Virus record (IMG/VR): IMGVR_UViG_3300034168_000130
Coordinates: 1-60,949 of that record
Source: a virus
Taxonomy: Duplodnaviria > Caudoviricetes
Length of the DNA stretch: 60,949 nt
Strand: one strand, 5' to 3'
The notes under the pieces are model-generated. The model was not told the DNA's origin and did not search any database. It was given only the letters and a program-made list of their open reading frames with translations. Shown here in pieces: positions 26,776 to 36,974 of this stretch (positions are counted from its first letter, which is position 1; the number at the start of each line of letters is the position of its first letter). A program made the position numbers and the translations under genes.

Positions 26776-27987
26776 ATGGCAGCAGTAGGTGATTTAGCAG
26801 CAACAGACTTGGTTTTACGTACCAGTCTTACGGATGGTCCTAATGGTGGTGCAGCAGGAGCAAATAAACTTTGGCTTCCTCTGTGGAGTGGTGAAGTTAT
26901 TAATGCATATGATCAGTACAATATTTTCGAGAACCTCATTTCATCTAAGTCTTTATCTGGTGGATTCTCATACGAATTCCCAGTCACAGGACTTGTGTCT
27001 TTGAATGCATCATGGGATGCAGGAGAAGAGTTGGTTGGTGGTGACTCCAGTTCGACAACTTTCAAGGTCAACCTTGACAAGCGTCCAATGGCAGCTCACT
27101 TTGAAACAGACAATGTCGATCTCTTGATCACTCAATGGGATTATCGTTCAGAACTTGCTCGTCAAGCTGGACTTACATTATCAAGTACCCGTGACAAGCA
27201 GATTGTTTCTGCTCTTATAGCAGCTTCGGTTGCAGCTCCTTTAGATTCGGATCCCCGTGGCTTGGGTGTCAGTAACTTCCCAGCTCCAGCTATCGTTAAT
27301 ACTGTTAACACTGGTGCTATTGGTTTTGCGGTATCAAATTGCACTGATGCAGTTGCTCTCACAATTCTGCAAAAGATTGAAAACTATCTTGTGCTTATGC
27401 AAGAGAATGATTACCCAGTGCAAAACGTGATGTGTGCAGTACCACCAAAGGTATTCCAAGTCATCCGTGCTCTTGGTATTCCACGATCTGGTAATACAAC
27501 ATTTGCTAACCAACCAATGTTTGGTGCAAGTGATGCTTATGGTGGTGCAGGTATGAATATTCAAGCTGGTATGAATGCCTTGTCTGATTCATTGGATTAC
27601 ATGGGTGTAAAGATCGTCAAGACGAATCACATCCCACGTACCACTGTTGCAGCAGGACAAGCCAAATACAACTTGACTTGTGGAACTGTTGACATCTTCG
27701 GCATCATCTTCCAAAAGGAAGCTGTGGCTGGTTTGTCTTTGATGGGTATGAAGGTTGATTCCATTCAGGACATTCGCCGTAACACTCAGTTCACAGTTGC
27801 AAGCATGCTCAAGGGAACGGGAATTCTTCGTCCTGAGTTGTGTCAGATTTTGATTGGTCTTACTGCTGTACAGGTGTCTAGTGTTGCAGTAGCTGATACT
27901 GAAGGTGAGGTTAATACCCGTGCTTTACTTGCAGCACTCCTTGGTGCTGGTACATTCATTGGTGAATATGCAGTTACGTCTGCTTAA
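26776..27987 (+). CDS. Major capsid protein (gp10-like)
   Basis: LWSGEV..AY, G.S..FPVTG, DYRSELARQAG..L...D, GTGILRPE; start ATG 26776 after GGAG. Confidence 0.93.
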   Translation: MAAVGDLAATDLVLRTSLTDGPNGGAAGANKLWLPLWSGEVINAYDQYNIFENLISSKSLSGGFSYEFPVTGLVSLNASWDAGEELVGGDSSSTTFKVNLDKRPMAAHFETDNVDLLITQWDYRSELARQAGLTLSSTRDKQIVSALIAASVAAPLDSDPRGLGVSNFPAPAIVNTVNTGAIGFAVSNCTDAVALTILQKIENYLVLMQENDYPVQNVMCAVPPKVFQVIRALGIPRSGNTTFANQPMFGASDAYGGAGMNIQAGMNALSDSLDYMGVKIVKTNHIPRTTVAAGQAKYNLTCGTVDIFGIIFQKEAVAGLSLMGMKVDSIQDIRRNTQFTVASMLKGTGILRPELCQILIGLTAVQVSSVAVADTEGEVNTRALLAALLGAGTFIGEYAVTSA

Positions 27988-28026
27988 TAGTGATTCATTT
28001 CCTTAAATGGAATACATTTTAAATAC

Positions 28027-28060
28027 GCCCCCAGATCTCTAACGGGATCTGGGGGTTTTT
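28027..28060 (+). terminator. T-phi-like terminator after capsid gene
   Basis: gcccccagatctc-TAAC-gggatctggggg followed by T5. Confidence 0.9.
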
Positions 28061-28083
28061 GATTCATTACACAGGAGATACAA

Positions 28084-28752
28084 ATGGGATTTATAACAAG
28101 ACTACAAGCTGTAAATCAAATGTTATTAACATCAGGAGAAAACCTTGTATCTGACCTAGAAGATGCAAGCGGTATTGACACAGGCATTGCTCAGAATATT
28201 CTTGAGCAATGCTCATTGGACTTTCAGATGCGTGGTATGGCAAACAATAAATGTATCCGTAAGATGTTAATTAACAGTAGTGGTTATTTATTGCTGCCTA
28301 GTGGTGATGGAGATGAAGAGGGTGTCATAGCCACAGAATTAATTAGCTACCATCAAAACTCAGATGGTGATCAAATTAAAATTAGAATGTTAAGTGCATC
28401 CCCCAGTAGACTGTGGAATATTACAGATGATACTGATGTATTTGTAGAAGCTGATTACTATGTTGAGTTTATTATGAAGTTACTGTGGGAGAATCTTGAT
28501 ACATCTGTTCAACGAGCTATTCTTAGCTCTGCTATGCGTACCTATCAGATTCTGACTCAAGGTGATGGTGAGGCTGATGCCTACTTGAACCAACAAGAAC
28601 AGATTTTTAATGCGAAAGGTCGAGCTGCAGATGTTAATGATAAGAAACGTAACATCTTCATGACTGGTGACCTTAGCTTGCGTTCAGCTGTTAATCGAAA
28701 CCCATACTTAAATGACCCAAGTCGATTTAGATTCTGGCGAACAATAGGATAA
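28084..28752 (+). CDS. Tail tubular protein A (gp11-like)
   Basis: L-x-AVN-x-ML-x2-GE N-terminus; position after capsid terminator. Confidence 0.9.
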   Translation: MGFITRLQAVNQMLLTSGENLVSDLEDASGIDTGIAQNILEQCSLDFQMRGMANNKCIRKMLINSSGYLLLPSGDGDEEGVIATELISYHQNSDGDQIKIRMLSASPSRLWNITDDTDVFVEADYYVEFIMKLLWENLDTSVQRAILSSAMRTYQILTQGDGEADAYLNQQEQIFNAKGRAADVNDKKRNIFMTGDLSLRSAVNRNPYLNDPSRFRFWRTIG

Positions 28753-28757
28753 ATAAT

Positions 28758-31730
28758 ATGGCTAATATACGAAGACGACAACCTAAAGGTGCTAATATCT
28801 CAACTAAGATATCTATACCTAACATTTTATCTGTCAGTAGATTAGCTCCTGTTAAACGTCAACCTTATGAAGCTGAAGAATTAGATAATGTTCTTATCTC
28901 TCTTGAACGTAACGTAGAGAAAAGAGCTGGGTTTACTATTATTCCTCAAGATACAATTGGAACAGCTACATATACAAATGGGTGGGACTTTAGTTCTAAC
29001 AATACCAAGCCAGAACTTTTTCAGCTTACTAGTTTAGATAAAGATGACCTATGGTATTATTGGTACAACATCAATGAAGATACACGATTCATGGTTGTTA
29101 TTAACTTTGCTGCCTCAGGTAAAGATGATCAGCTCTTTTACATGTATCAGTTATTAACCACTGGTCAATGGAAGAACGTATCTTCCAGTACTCAATGGGA
29201 TCCTACAGATTCAACTATTGCTAACTCATCTGTAGGTAATGCAAACAACAGTACTGTTGTTCAGGCTTATGCTACGGCTCAGAGTATTAGCTATGCTACT
29301 GCTCTAACTCACGGGACTCTCAAGCGGGACTCTAGGAACTACATTACATACAACCCTAACAGTAAGACCCCACGTGAGTCCCTGAAGGCGGTTACCTTAG
29401 GCTCTAATGTAATCATTCTGAACACTAATGTTTATGCGGGGTTTTCTTCTGATATAGATGGTCTACAGTTTGATCTTGGTGGTGTGGCTACAGGTACTGC
29501 GGATGTCGCAGGTCGTAAACTCACCTACTACTCAGCTGCCAAAGTCAGCAAAGTCTATGACGTAGGGGCTGATAACGCAGCTGGAGGTGGAGATGATATT
29601 TTTTTAGGATACATTCCTGATTCTGCTGCTGGCAAGTATATTGATGTATCAGATTATACGTATTATAAGTCTGGCTTACAATACCTTGGTCAAAAGGTTA
29701 ATGATATCAGTTCAATTAAACTACCACCTCAGTCAGATGATTGGTATTCTACTAATACAAACGTAACACTGTCAGATACAAAAGCAAGTGCTATGTTAGC
29801 TTTGTTATATGATTCTACCCATCCATTCAGTACTGTTGTGGCTGGTAGGGGCAAAATTTATCAAACTCTATATCCTTTTTTAAACCTATCCTCAGGATAC
29901 TATAGAGTTATTTCTTTTTCTGATTCTGAAATATATGGTTTTTCAACTACATCAATCCCTGTAACTTCTTTAGTTGTAGGGCAATCTTATAAAATTCTTT
30001 CAGTAGGAACTACTACTACGTGGGCATCAGTAGGTCTATCTGGTACTGCGGCTACAAACAGTACGTTTACCGCAACTGCTATTGGTACTGGTAATGGTAC
30101 TGTTACAGCTGCGTATGCTGGAGTTGGTTATCCATATCTTCAAAAGATCAGAACACCTGATGAACACTCGTACATTGATCCCCGCAGGATGCCTCAGCGC
30201 ATGGTTGTAACCATTGTTGGTACAACTCCTACTGTTGCCGTAGAGTCTATGAAGTGGAAACCACGTGAGTCTGGTACTAAGGATACAAATACTGGACCTA
30301 GCATCTTTAAAACTATCAGTGGTAAAGCTTTAAAGCATGTTAAAATTAAATCACTGAGTGTGTTTAAAGATAGATTATGGTTTGCAGCAGAAGATATAAT
30401 ATTTTCCTCTCAGTTAGGAGAGTATGAAAGTTTATTTATTGATGATCCTACAAACATTGTTGATACAGATCCTATTGATATCCGAGCGTCTTCTAATACC
30501 TATGCTGAAATTGTCAGTATGACTCCCTTTGAAGATTATTTATTTGTGGATACTAAAGCAAACATTCAATTTCAACTTACAGCTGGTAGTGATATATCTC
30601 TCCTATCCCCAACCAATGTTATTGTTTCTCCAGCTACTTACTACTCAACAACTCCTATCCTTGAGCCACAAACTATGGGCTCTCAGCTTTACTTCTTTGA
30701 TGCAGGTCGTTTGTACTTGTATCTTGGTAAAGATAAACTAGGACTAGCAAAAGCAGTTGATGTTTCTGCTAGTATTCCAGGTTATTTACCTAAAAATTAT
30801 AAGGTTGCCTGTACAGCTCCAACACAGGACAGTATTGTTTGTGTTGATGCTGATAATCTGAATCATATTTACGTCTTTACTGTACGTTTTTCAGGTGAGC
30901 GAGTTGTTCAAAGTTCATTCTATCGTTTTGTTTTAGATACTGCTTCAGAAATTCAAACTATCCAAGCATATGAAGATTATTTATATGTTATTATTAGAAA
31001 TTTAGATACAGGTGTTTTCTCTTTTCAGAAAACAGATATATCAACTGTTGATATAGAAGTACCTAGATTAGATGATATGTTTATTTTTAGAACTAAACTA
31101 GGGGGCACATATCCAAATACATCTTACAACGCTACTACTAATTTTACTACATTCAAAGTTCCATATAATTTACCATATGTAAAAGGAACATCTCTCCTAG
31201 TCTTTGGACCTAAGAATGGATCTGGAGCTGCGTGGGATCCAGAAACAACACTAGGTACAATTATTTCATGTGATGTTAATGATGGAGGTACCTATAAAGA
31301 ACTGGTAGTTCTTGGTGATTATGGTTATGATGATCATACTGTTTATATAGGTAACCCCTTTGAAATGAATATTACTCTTAGTAGTTTATTTTTACGGGAT
31401 GTGAATGGACAAGTAGTTGATGGTACATTAAATATTAAAACAGGTGTTATTCGTCATAATAAATCAGGTCCATATACTATCAGTGTATCATCTCGTTTTC
31501 GCACAGCATTAGAATCTACATTCTATCCTAACTATGCCGATTTAGTTTTAGATGAAGGAAATCTTCCTTTGTCTATTGTAGATAATCAAGGTGAGTTTAC
31601 ATTTAAAGTCTTTGGCTATTCTGAGATTACAGTAATTTCTATTATTGATTCTAGTGTAACTCCTGTGAATATTGTTGGGTTAGATTTTAGAGGTAAGTTC
31701 AAACAAAAATCAAATATAATAGATCATTAA
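28758..31730 (+). CDS. Tail tubular protein B / nozzle (gp12-like)
   Basis: SIPN...VS, KRAG, FKDRLWF, DTDPID; size and position. Confidence 0.9.
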   Translation: MANIRRRQPKGANISTKISIPNILSVSRLAPVKRQPYEAEELDNVLISLERNVEKRAGFTIIPQDTIGTATYTNGWDFSSNNTKPELFQLTSLDKDDLWYYWYNINEDTRFMVVINFAASGKDDQLFYMYQLLTTGQWKNVSSSTQWDPTDSTIANSSVGNANNSTVVQAYATAQSISYATALTHGTLKRDSRNYITYNPNSKTPRESLKAVTLGSNVIILNTNVYAGFSSDIDGLQFDLGGVATGTADVAGRKLTYYSAAKVSKVYDVGADNAAGGGDDIFLGYIPDSAAGKYIDVSDYTYYKSGLQYLGQKVNDISSIKLPPQSDDWYSTNTNVTLSDTKASAMLALLYDSTHPFSTVVAGRGKIYQTLYPFLNLSSGYYRVISFSDSEIYGFSTTSIPVTSLVVGQSYKILSVGTTTTWASVGLSGTAATNSTFTATAIGTGNGTVTAAYAGVGYPYLQKIRTPDEHSYIDPRRMPQRMVVTIVGTTPTVAVESMKWKPRESGTKDTNTGPSIFKTISGKALKHVKIKSLSVFKDRLWFAAEDIIFSSQLGEYESLFIDDPTNIVDTDPIDIRASSNTYAEIVSMTPFEDYLFVDTKANIQFQLTAGSDISLLSPTNVIVSPATYYSTTPILEPQTMGSQLYFFDAGRLYLYLGKDKLGLAKAVDVSASIPGYLPKNYKVACTAPTQDSIVCVDADNLNHIYVFTVRFSGERVVQSSFYRFVLDTASEIQTIQAYEDYLYVIIRNLDTGVFSFQKTDISTVDIEVPRLDDMFIFRTKLGGTYPNTSYNATTNFTTFKVPYNLPYVKGTSLLVFGPKNGSGAAWDPETTLGTIISCDVNDGGTYKELVVLGDYGYDDHTVYIGNPFEMNITLSSLFLRDVNGQVVDGTLNIKTGVIRHNKSGPYTISVSSRFRTALESTFYPNYADLVLDEGNLPLSIVDNQGEFTFKVFGYSEITVISIIDSSVTPVNIVGLDFRGKFKQKSNIIDH

Positions 31731-31743
31731 GGTTAATTTATTC

Positions 31744-32220
31744 ATGAATAAAACTGATTATACAAGACAAGTATTAAATAGACTTTCTTTAGAGACTAAG
31801 ACTATTAAAAACTTTACGTCAGCTGGTAATGTTCCTACTTGGCTTGCAGAAGGAGAGCTAGCTACTAATATAGTTGATAAAAAATTATGGGTTGGAAATA
31901 CATTAAACACTCCCGTATTATTAATTAATGCATCAACAACACCAACAGCCCAAGGTCTTAATACAGAGATACAATTTAATGATGGTGGTCTTGTTGGAGC
32001 GCATGCTGGTTTAACATACAATAAAACAACCAGTACACTAACAGTTACTAACATAACAGCATTAACAAACATTACTGGAAACGCTGGTACAGCTACTCAA
32101 TTATCAAGTTCAAGAACAATTGCTCTTGATGGTGAAGCATCTGGCAGTACTAGTTTCAATGGTGCAAGTAATGTAACAATAACAACAACAATACCACTTC
32201 TAGATGGTGGAAACTACTAA
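31744..32220 (+). CDS. Short fibre module
   Basis: L-x-x-GELA..KLWVG N-domain, IQFNDGG, GNAGTATQL..RTI, ends LDGGNY. Confidence 0.7.
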   Translation: MNKTDYTRQVLNRLSLETKTIKNFTSAGNVPTWLAEGELATNIVDKKLWVGNTLNTPVLLINASTTPTAQGLNTEIQFNDGGLVGAHAGLTYNKTTSTLTVTNITALTNITGNAGTATQLSSSRTIALDGEASGSTSFNGASNVTITTTIPLLDGGNY

Positions 32221-32229
32221 AGGAAAATT

Positions 32230-34815
32230 ATGGCAAATACAATTAGAATTAGAAGAAGTACAGGATCCACTGCCCCAGGAACGCTTACTAATGCTGAATT
32301 AGCGTTTACCGAAACAACCAAGATACTGTATATTGGTACTGGTATTTCGTCGGGAGTAACTGCAGCACAAATCCATGCAATAGGTGGAATTGGTGCTTTT
32401 GTTTCTCTTGGAAGTGATGCACAAACTATTGCAGGTGTTAAGACATTCTCTGGTGCTATTGCATTGGGAACCCCAGGATCTGGAACTCTTAGTAACTGTA
32501 CTGGTCTTTCATTAACAACAGGTGTATCTGGTATTCTTCCTGTTGCTAATGGTGGTACTGGTTCATCTAGTGGCATTAGTTTAACAACTGGTGTCAGTGG
32601 TATTCTTCCTATTGCTAATGGTGGTACTGGTTCAGCAAGTGGTGTAGATTTATCTAACGCAACTGTTTTCAGTATACTTCCACAATCAAAAGGTGGTACT
32701 GGTTTTAGTACGTTTGCTGGTGCAGGACTTGCTACCACAGCAAGTCCAACTTTTACTGGAACGTTAAATTGCGCAGCACTTACGTCTTCTGGTAATATTA
32801 TTGTTGGTGGTACTCTTACTTTATCGGGTCCTCCAACTACTGATCTACACGCAGCTACTAAAGCTTATGTAGACGCTACGGCGCAAGGAATAGATGTAAG
32901 AGCTTCTTGCCGAGTTGCATCTACTACAAACATTGTATTGGCTACAGGAGGAACACAAACTGTAGACGGAGTAGTAACTGTTGCTGGAAATAGAGTATTA
33001 GTAAAAGACCAAACTGCATCCGCAGAGAATGGTATATATGTAGTTGCTGCTGGAGCATGGACTAGAGCTACAGATGCTGATAGTTCTGTAGAAGTTACTG
33101 CAGGTATGTTTACATTTGTTACTGAAGGTACTGCGAATGCTGACACTGGGTGGGTATTAACTACTAATGACGTTATTACTCTAGGGACAACTGGTTTAGC
33201 TTTTTCACAGTTCTCTGGAGCTGGTGCAGTTGTTGCAGGTAACGGTTTAACTAAAACAGGAAATACTTTAGATGTTGGTACAGTTAGTTCTGATCGCATT
33301 GTTGTAAATGCAGATAATATAGATCTTGGACAACCTACAATCACCAATGGCACTGGTACCGCTGGTATTAGCTTTATTCAAGCACAAACCGTTGATAGTT
33401 ATGGAAGAACTACTAGCAAGACAACAGCTGACGTTAGAGCTGCCACAACTTCAGTGACAGGAATAACTTCACTGACGGACTCAACTAGCTCTACCTCCAC
33501 AACCACAGCAGCTACTCCGAATTCTGTTAAGTCCGCATATGACATAGGAGCTGCAGCACTGCCTAAGGCAGGCGGTACTATGACTGGTAAAGTTACAACG
33601 GGAGCAGGTGGTGCATCTTATGCAAGTTTGTTGTTGGGAGTATCTGCTGCTGATCCATCACCTCTAACTTCTGGTGACTTGTGGAATAACACAGGTTCAA
33701 TTAAATTCTATAATGGCTCTGCTACTAAGACTGTAGCTTTCTTAGATTCTACTAGTACAGGTACTTGGAATGGAGCTGTTATTGCTGGACAATATGGTGG
33801 CACAGGTATTGCAAATACAGGTAAAACAATAACTCTTGGTGGTAATTTAATTACATTAGGATCATTTGTTACTACTGTTACCGTATCTGGTACTACAACT
33901 GTTACGCTACCCCTGACAGGTACTTTAGTAACGCTAGATGGTGCTGAAACACTCACCCAAAAAACTCTTACTACACCAAAAATAGCACAGATTAATGATA
34001 CAAATGGTCTTGCTGTCTTGAAAACTGCTGCTATTGCTTCTGCGGTAAATCAAGTTACCATTACAAACAATATAACAGCACAAGCTCCTCACGTTTCTGC
34101 AACGGGAACTGATACAAACATCAGTTTGCATCTTGCTCCAAAAGGAACAGGAAAATATGTTGTTGTTGAAAACGGCGCAGACGGAACAAAACAAATTGCT
34201 ATTGGAGTAGCAGGAGCAACCACAGCAACGACAACATATTTTAATGCAGCACAGACTGTTGATAGAACTATTACTCTGCCAGATGCAACAGATACTCTTG
34301 TGGGTAAAGCAACTACTGATACCTTAACCAATAAATCAATTGCTGCTAATACTTCTGGAAATACTATTACTGGTTTAACTAATACTAATTTATCAGGTAC
34401 TGCTGGTATTACTAATGCAAACTTAGCAAACAGTTCAGTTACTATTGGTAGCACAGCAGTGTCTCTTGGTGCAACTGTTTCTACTTTTGCAGGTTTAACA
34501 TCAGTAACTTCTACTGGCTTTACTGGTGCTTTAACAGGTAACGCATCCACTGCTACAACCTTAGCAACTACTAGAGGAATTTATGGTAATAACTTTAATG
34601 GTTCTGCAAACCTTACTCAAGTAATTGCAGGAACTTATGGTGGTACTGGTGTTAATAACGGTGCCAATACTATTACTGTTGCAGGTAACGTATCACACGC
34701 TGGTTCCGCATTTACGCAAACATTCACAGCAACAGCTAATACAAGTGTTACACTACCAACTTCTGGTACTTTATTAAGTGACGGAAGTACTATTGATGGC
34801 GGCACTTATACTTGA
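32230..34815 (+). CDS. Long tail fibre protein
   Basis: IRIRRS..AELA..LYIGTG N-domain, LPVANGGTG repeats (69-nt tandem at ~32512-32643), AATKAYVD, RVLVKDQT..ENGIY..W.RA.D, AATP..VK.AYD; ends IDGGTYT. Confidence 0.85.
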   Translation: MANTIRIRRSTGSTAPGTLTNAELAFTETTKILYIGTGISSGVTAAQIHAIGGIGAFVSLGSDAQTIAGVKTFSGAIALGTPGSGTLSNCTGLSLTTGVSGILPVANGGTGSSSGISLTTGVSGILPIANGGTGSASGVDLSNATVFSILPQSKGGTGFSTFAGAGLATTASPTFTGTLNCAALTSSGNIIVGGTLTLSGPPTTDLHAATKAYVDATAQGIDVRASCRVASTTNIVLATGGTQTVDGVVTVAGNRVLVKDQTASAENGIYVVAAGAWTRATDADSSVEVTAGMFTFVTEGTANADTGWVLTTNDVITLGTTGLAFSQFSGAGAVVAGNGLTKTGNTLDVGTVSSDRIVVNADNIDLGQPTITNGTGTAGISFIQAQTVDSYGRTTSKTTADVRAATTSVTGITSLTDSTSSTSTTTAATPNSVKSAYDIGAAALPKAGGTMTGKVTTGAGGASYASLLLGVSAADPSPLTSGDLWNNTGSIKFYNGSATKTVAFLDSTSTGTWNGAVIAGQYGGTGIANTGKTITLGGNLITLGSFVTTVTVSGTTTVTLPLTGTLVTLDGAETLTQKTLTTPKIAQINDTNGLAVLKTAAIASAVNQVTITNNITAQAPHVSATGTDTNISLHLAPKGTGKYVVVENGADGTKQIAIGVAGATTATTTYFNAAQTVDRTITLPDATDTLVGKATTDTLTNKSIAANTSGNTITGLTNTNLSGTAGITNANLANSSVTIGSTAVSLGATVSTFAGLTSVTSTGFTGALTGNASTATTLATTRGIYGNNFNGSANLTQVIAGTYGGTGVNNGANTITVAGNVSHAGSAFTQTFTATANTSVTLPTSGTLLSDGSTIDGGTYT

Positions 34816-34833
34816 GATAAACGGAGATAAAAC

Positions 34834-36642
34834 ATGGCTAATACAATACAACACAAAAGAAGTTCAACAGCAACTACAATTCCCACATCTGGTCAATTAT
34901 TAGCAGGAGAACTTGCTGTTAATACAGCCGATGGAAAATTGTTTCTTAAAAAAGACAATAACTCAATTGTACAAATTGGAACTGTTGCGTCAGGTTCATC
35001 GGGTCAAGTGCAGTTTAACAGTAGTGGAACTTTTGCTGCTGATGCTGGATTAGTATACAGCAATGGCACTGCAGGATATGAAGAATTACAGGTTGGCAGT
35101 GGAGCAACAAGATTCCTAACAATACTCGGTAGAGTTGCAACAGGAGGCGCAGGATCTGCAATACAACCAAATAATGCGCTAGACATTGAATCGGTAGGCG
35201 GTAGTGAAATTACAATCGGGGATGCATCTGGCACTTATGACGGGACAAAAATTGTCGTTGGTTCAACAGACATTTCGTTGAGTGCATCAACAATCCACAT
35301 TGATGGAGTAATTACAGGCTCAAACACAACCGCATCGACATCATCAGCGACAGGTGCGCTGATCGTTTCAGGTGGTGTTGGCGTTGCGAAGGATTCACAC
35401 ATCAACAGTCAACGCATCGGCGTTGGGCTTTTGCAGAACACCACAAACTTAGCAGTCGGTGCAAATACTCTTGCTGCAACAATCACAGGCGGCATAAACA
35501 ACACGGCGATTGGATCGGGATGCGGTAGCGGCATCACGAGTGGCAGCCAAAATACTTTTCTCGGCTATGCGGTCGGAACGCTTGTGACAACAGGTGCGGG
35601 AAATTGCTCAATCGGATACGCATCTCTGAATCAAAATATTGGTGGAAATTACAACACAGCGATGGGCTATGGTGCTCTGCAAAACACGACCGCAAGCAAC
35701 AATACGGCAGTCGGTATTGCAGCACTTCAGAACATTACGACAGGTGCGCTTAATACTGCAGTCGGTCGTGAAGCGGGATGTTTTCAAGCGGACGGTACGA
35801 CCGCACTAACAACCGCAAACAACTCGGTCTATCTCGGTCGTGACACACGGGGAACGCAAAGCGATTCTAACTCTGTTGTCATTGGATATCAAGCCATTGG
35901 TCTCGGCGCAAACACGACGGTGCTTGGAAATTCATCCACGACCGCTGCAACTGTCTACGGAGTACTGACCCCTAGTAAGGGGCTACTTGCACCAGCAGGA
36001 ACAACTGCGATTGCTCCCATTAAGTTACAAAGCGGAACAAATCTGACAACACCAACTTCAGGCGTAGTTGAGTTTGACGGAAAGGCTATGTACGGTACTG
36101 TTGCAAGCGGTCGAGGTTTAATACCAACCGAACAATTTTCAATTATCACAACAACTAAAAGCTTAACTAGTTCTACTGCTGCTCAAAATATTTTTGATAC
36201 ACCAGAAGATACAATTACACTTGCTCTTGACACGGCGTATTCCTTTGAGGGCTTTTTCAGTATTGTGAGTGGGACGACCAGCCACACAACAGCCATTACG
36301 TTGGTGGATGCTACGGCTGGATCAGAAAATATAAGTTGGCGTTGGATGGCTATGGGGCATAGTTCAGCTGCTGGAACTGTTATTAGAACGCAAGACACCG
36401 TTGTTTTTACTACTAATGGTGGAGTAATCACTGCATCCTCAACTAGTGCGCTTACAACAATATGGTGTCGAGGAGTTGTAATTGTTACATCTGCGGGTGC
36501 AACACCAATAGCAAGAAATATTGTTCCAAAAATAACTTTTTCTGCTGCCCCTACTAATACAAATCAAGTCGCTGTAGGTTCGTTTATTCGGTTTGTTCCT
36601 CTTGGTTCAAACTTAGTAAAAAGCGTAGGACCTTGGTCTTAA
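34834..36642 (+). CDS. Tail fibre / receptor-binding protein with autotransporter-head-like repeats
   Basis: IQHKRS..GELAVN..GKLF N-domain; NTAIG/NTFLG/NTAMG/NTAVG repeats of ~14 aa. Confidence 0.8.
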   Translation: MANTIQHKRSSTATTIPTSGQLLAGELAVNTADGKLFLKKDNNSIVQIGTVASGSSGQVQFNSSGTFAADAGLVYSNGTAGYEELQVGSGATRFLTILGRVATGGAGSAIQPNNALDIESVGGSEITIGDASGTYDGTKIVVGSTDISLSASTIHIDGVITGSNTTASTSSATGALIVSGGVGVAKDSHINSQRIGVGLLQNTTNLAVGANTLAATITGGINNTAIGSGCGSGITSGSQNTFLGYAVGTLVTTGAGNCSIGYASLNQNIGGNYNTAMGYGALQNTTASNNTAVGIAALQNITTGALNTAVGREAGCFQADGTTALTTANNSVYLGRDTRGTQSDSNSVVIGYQAIGLGANTTVLGNSSTTAATVYGVLTPSKGLLAPAGTTAIAPIKLQSGTNLTTPTSGVVEFDGKAMYGTVASGRGLIPTEQFSIITTTKSLTSSTAAQNIFDTPEDTITLALDTAYSFEGFFSIVSGTTSHTTAITLVDATAGSENISWRWMAMGHSSAAGTVIRTQDTVVFTTNGGVITASSTSALTTIWCRGVVIVTSAGATPIARNIVPKITFSAAPTNTNQVAVGSFIRFVPLGSNLVKSVGPWS

Positions 36643-36675
36643 TTTAACATAAACTAACAAAAGAAATAAAAAAAT

Positions 36676-36960
36676 ATGACCGTTGATCCAAGTATTGCCA
36701 TTGTCATTGATTCAACTCTACGATCTCCTGAACAGATTGCACAGGACATCAAAGCATCTTATGACTCAGTCAATCTCATCAATCAGATTGTTGCTGATGA
36801 TCAACACAGCGACGAGGTACACAATACCGTAATACGAAACGTGATCCACCTTCGTTCTTGTTTCACACTAGAGCACATCATAGAAAACGCAACGACCGAA
36901 GACAAGATCGCATTTGCAGATGCTGCGACACTTGGTGATACTTTTTTAATTAACAACTAA
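36676..36960 (+). CDS. Hypothetical protein, possible fibre chaperone
   Basis: Small acidic ORF after fibre gene; DSVNLIN..RNV.HL pattern. Confidence 0.6.
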   Translation: MTVDPSIAIVIDSTLRSPEQIAQDIKASYDSVNLINQIVADDQHSDEVHNTVIRNVIHLRSCFTLEHIIENATTEDKIAFADAATLGDTFLINN

Positions 36961-36974
36961 CACAAGAAAATAAA

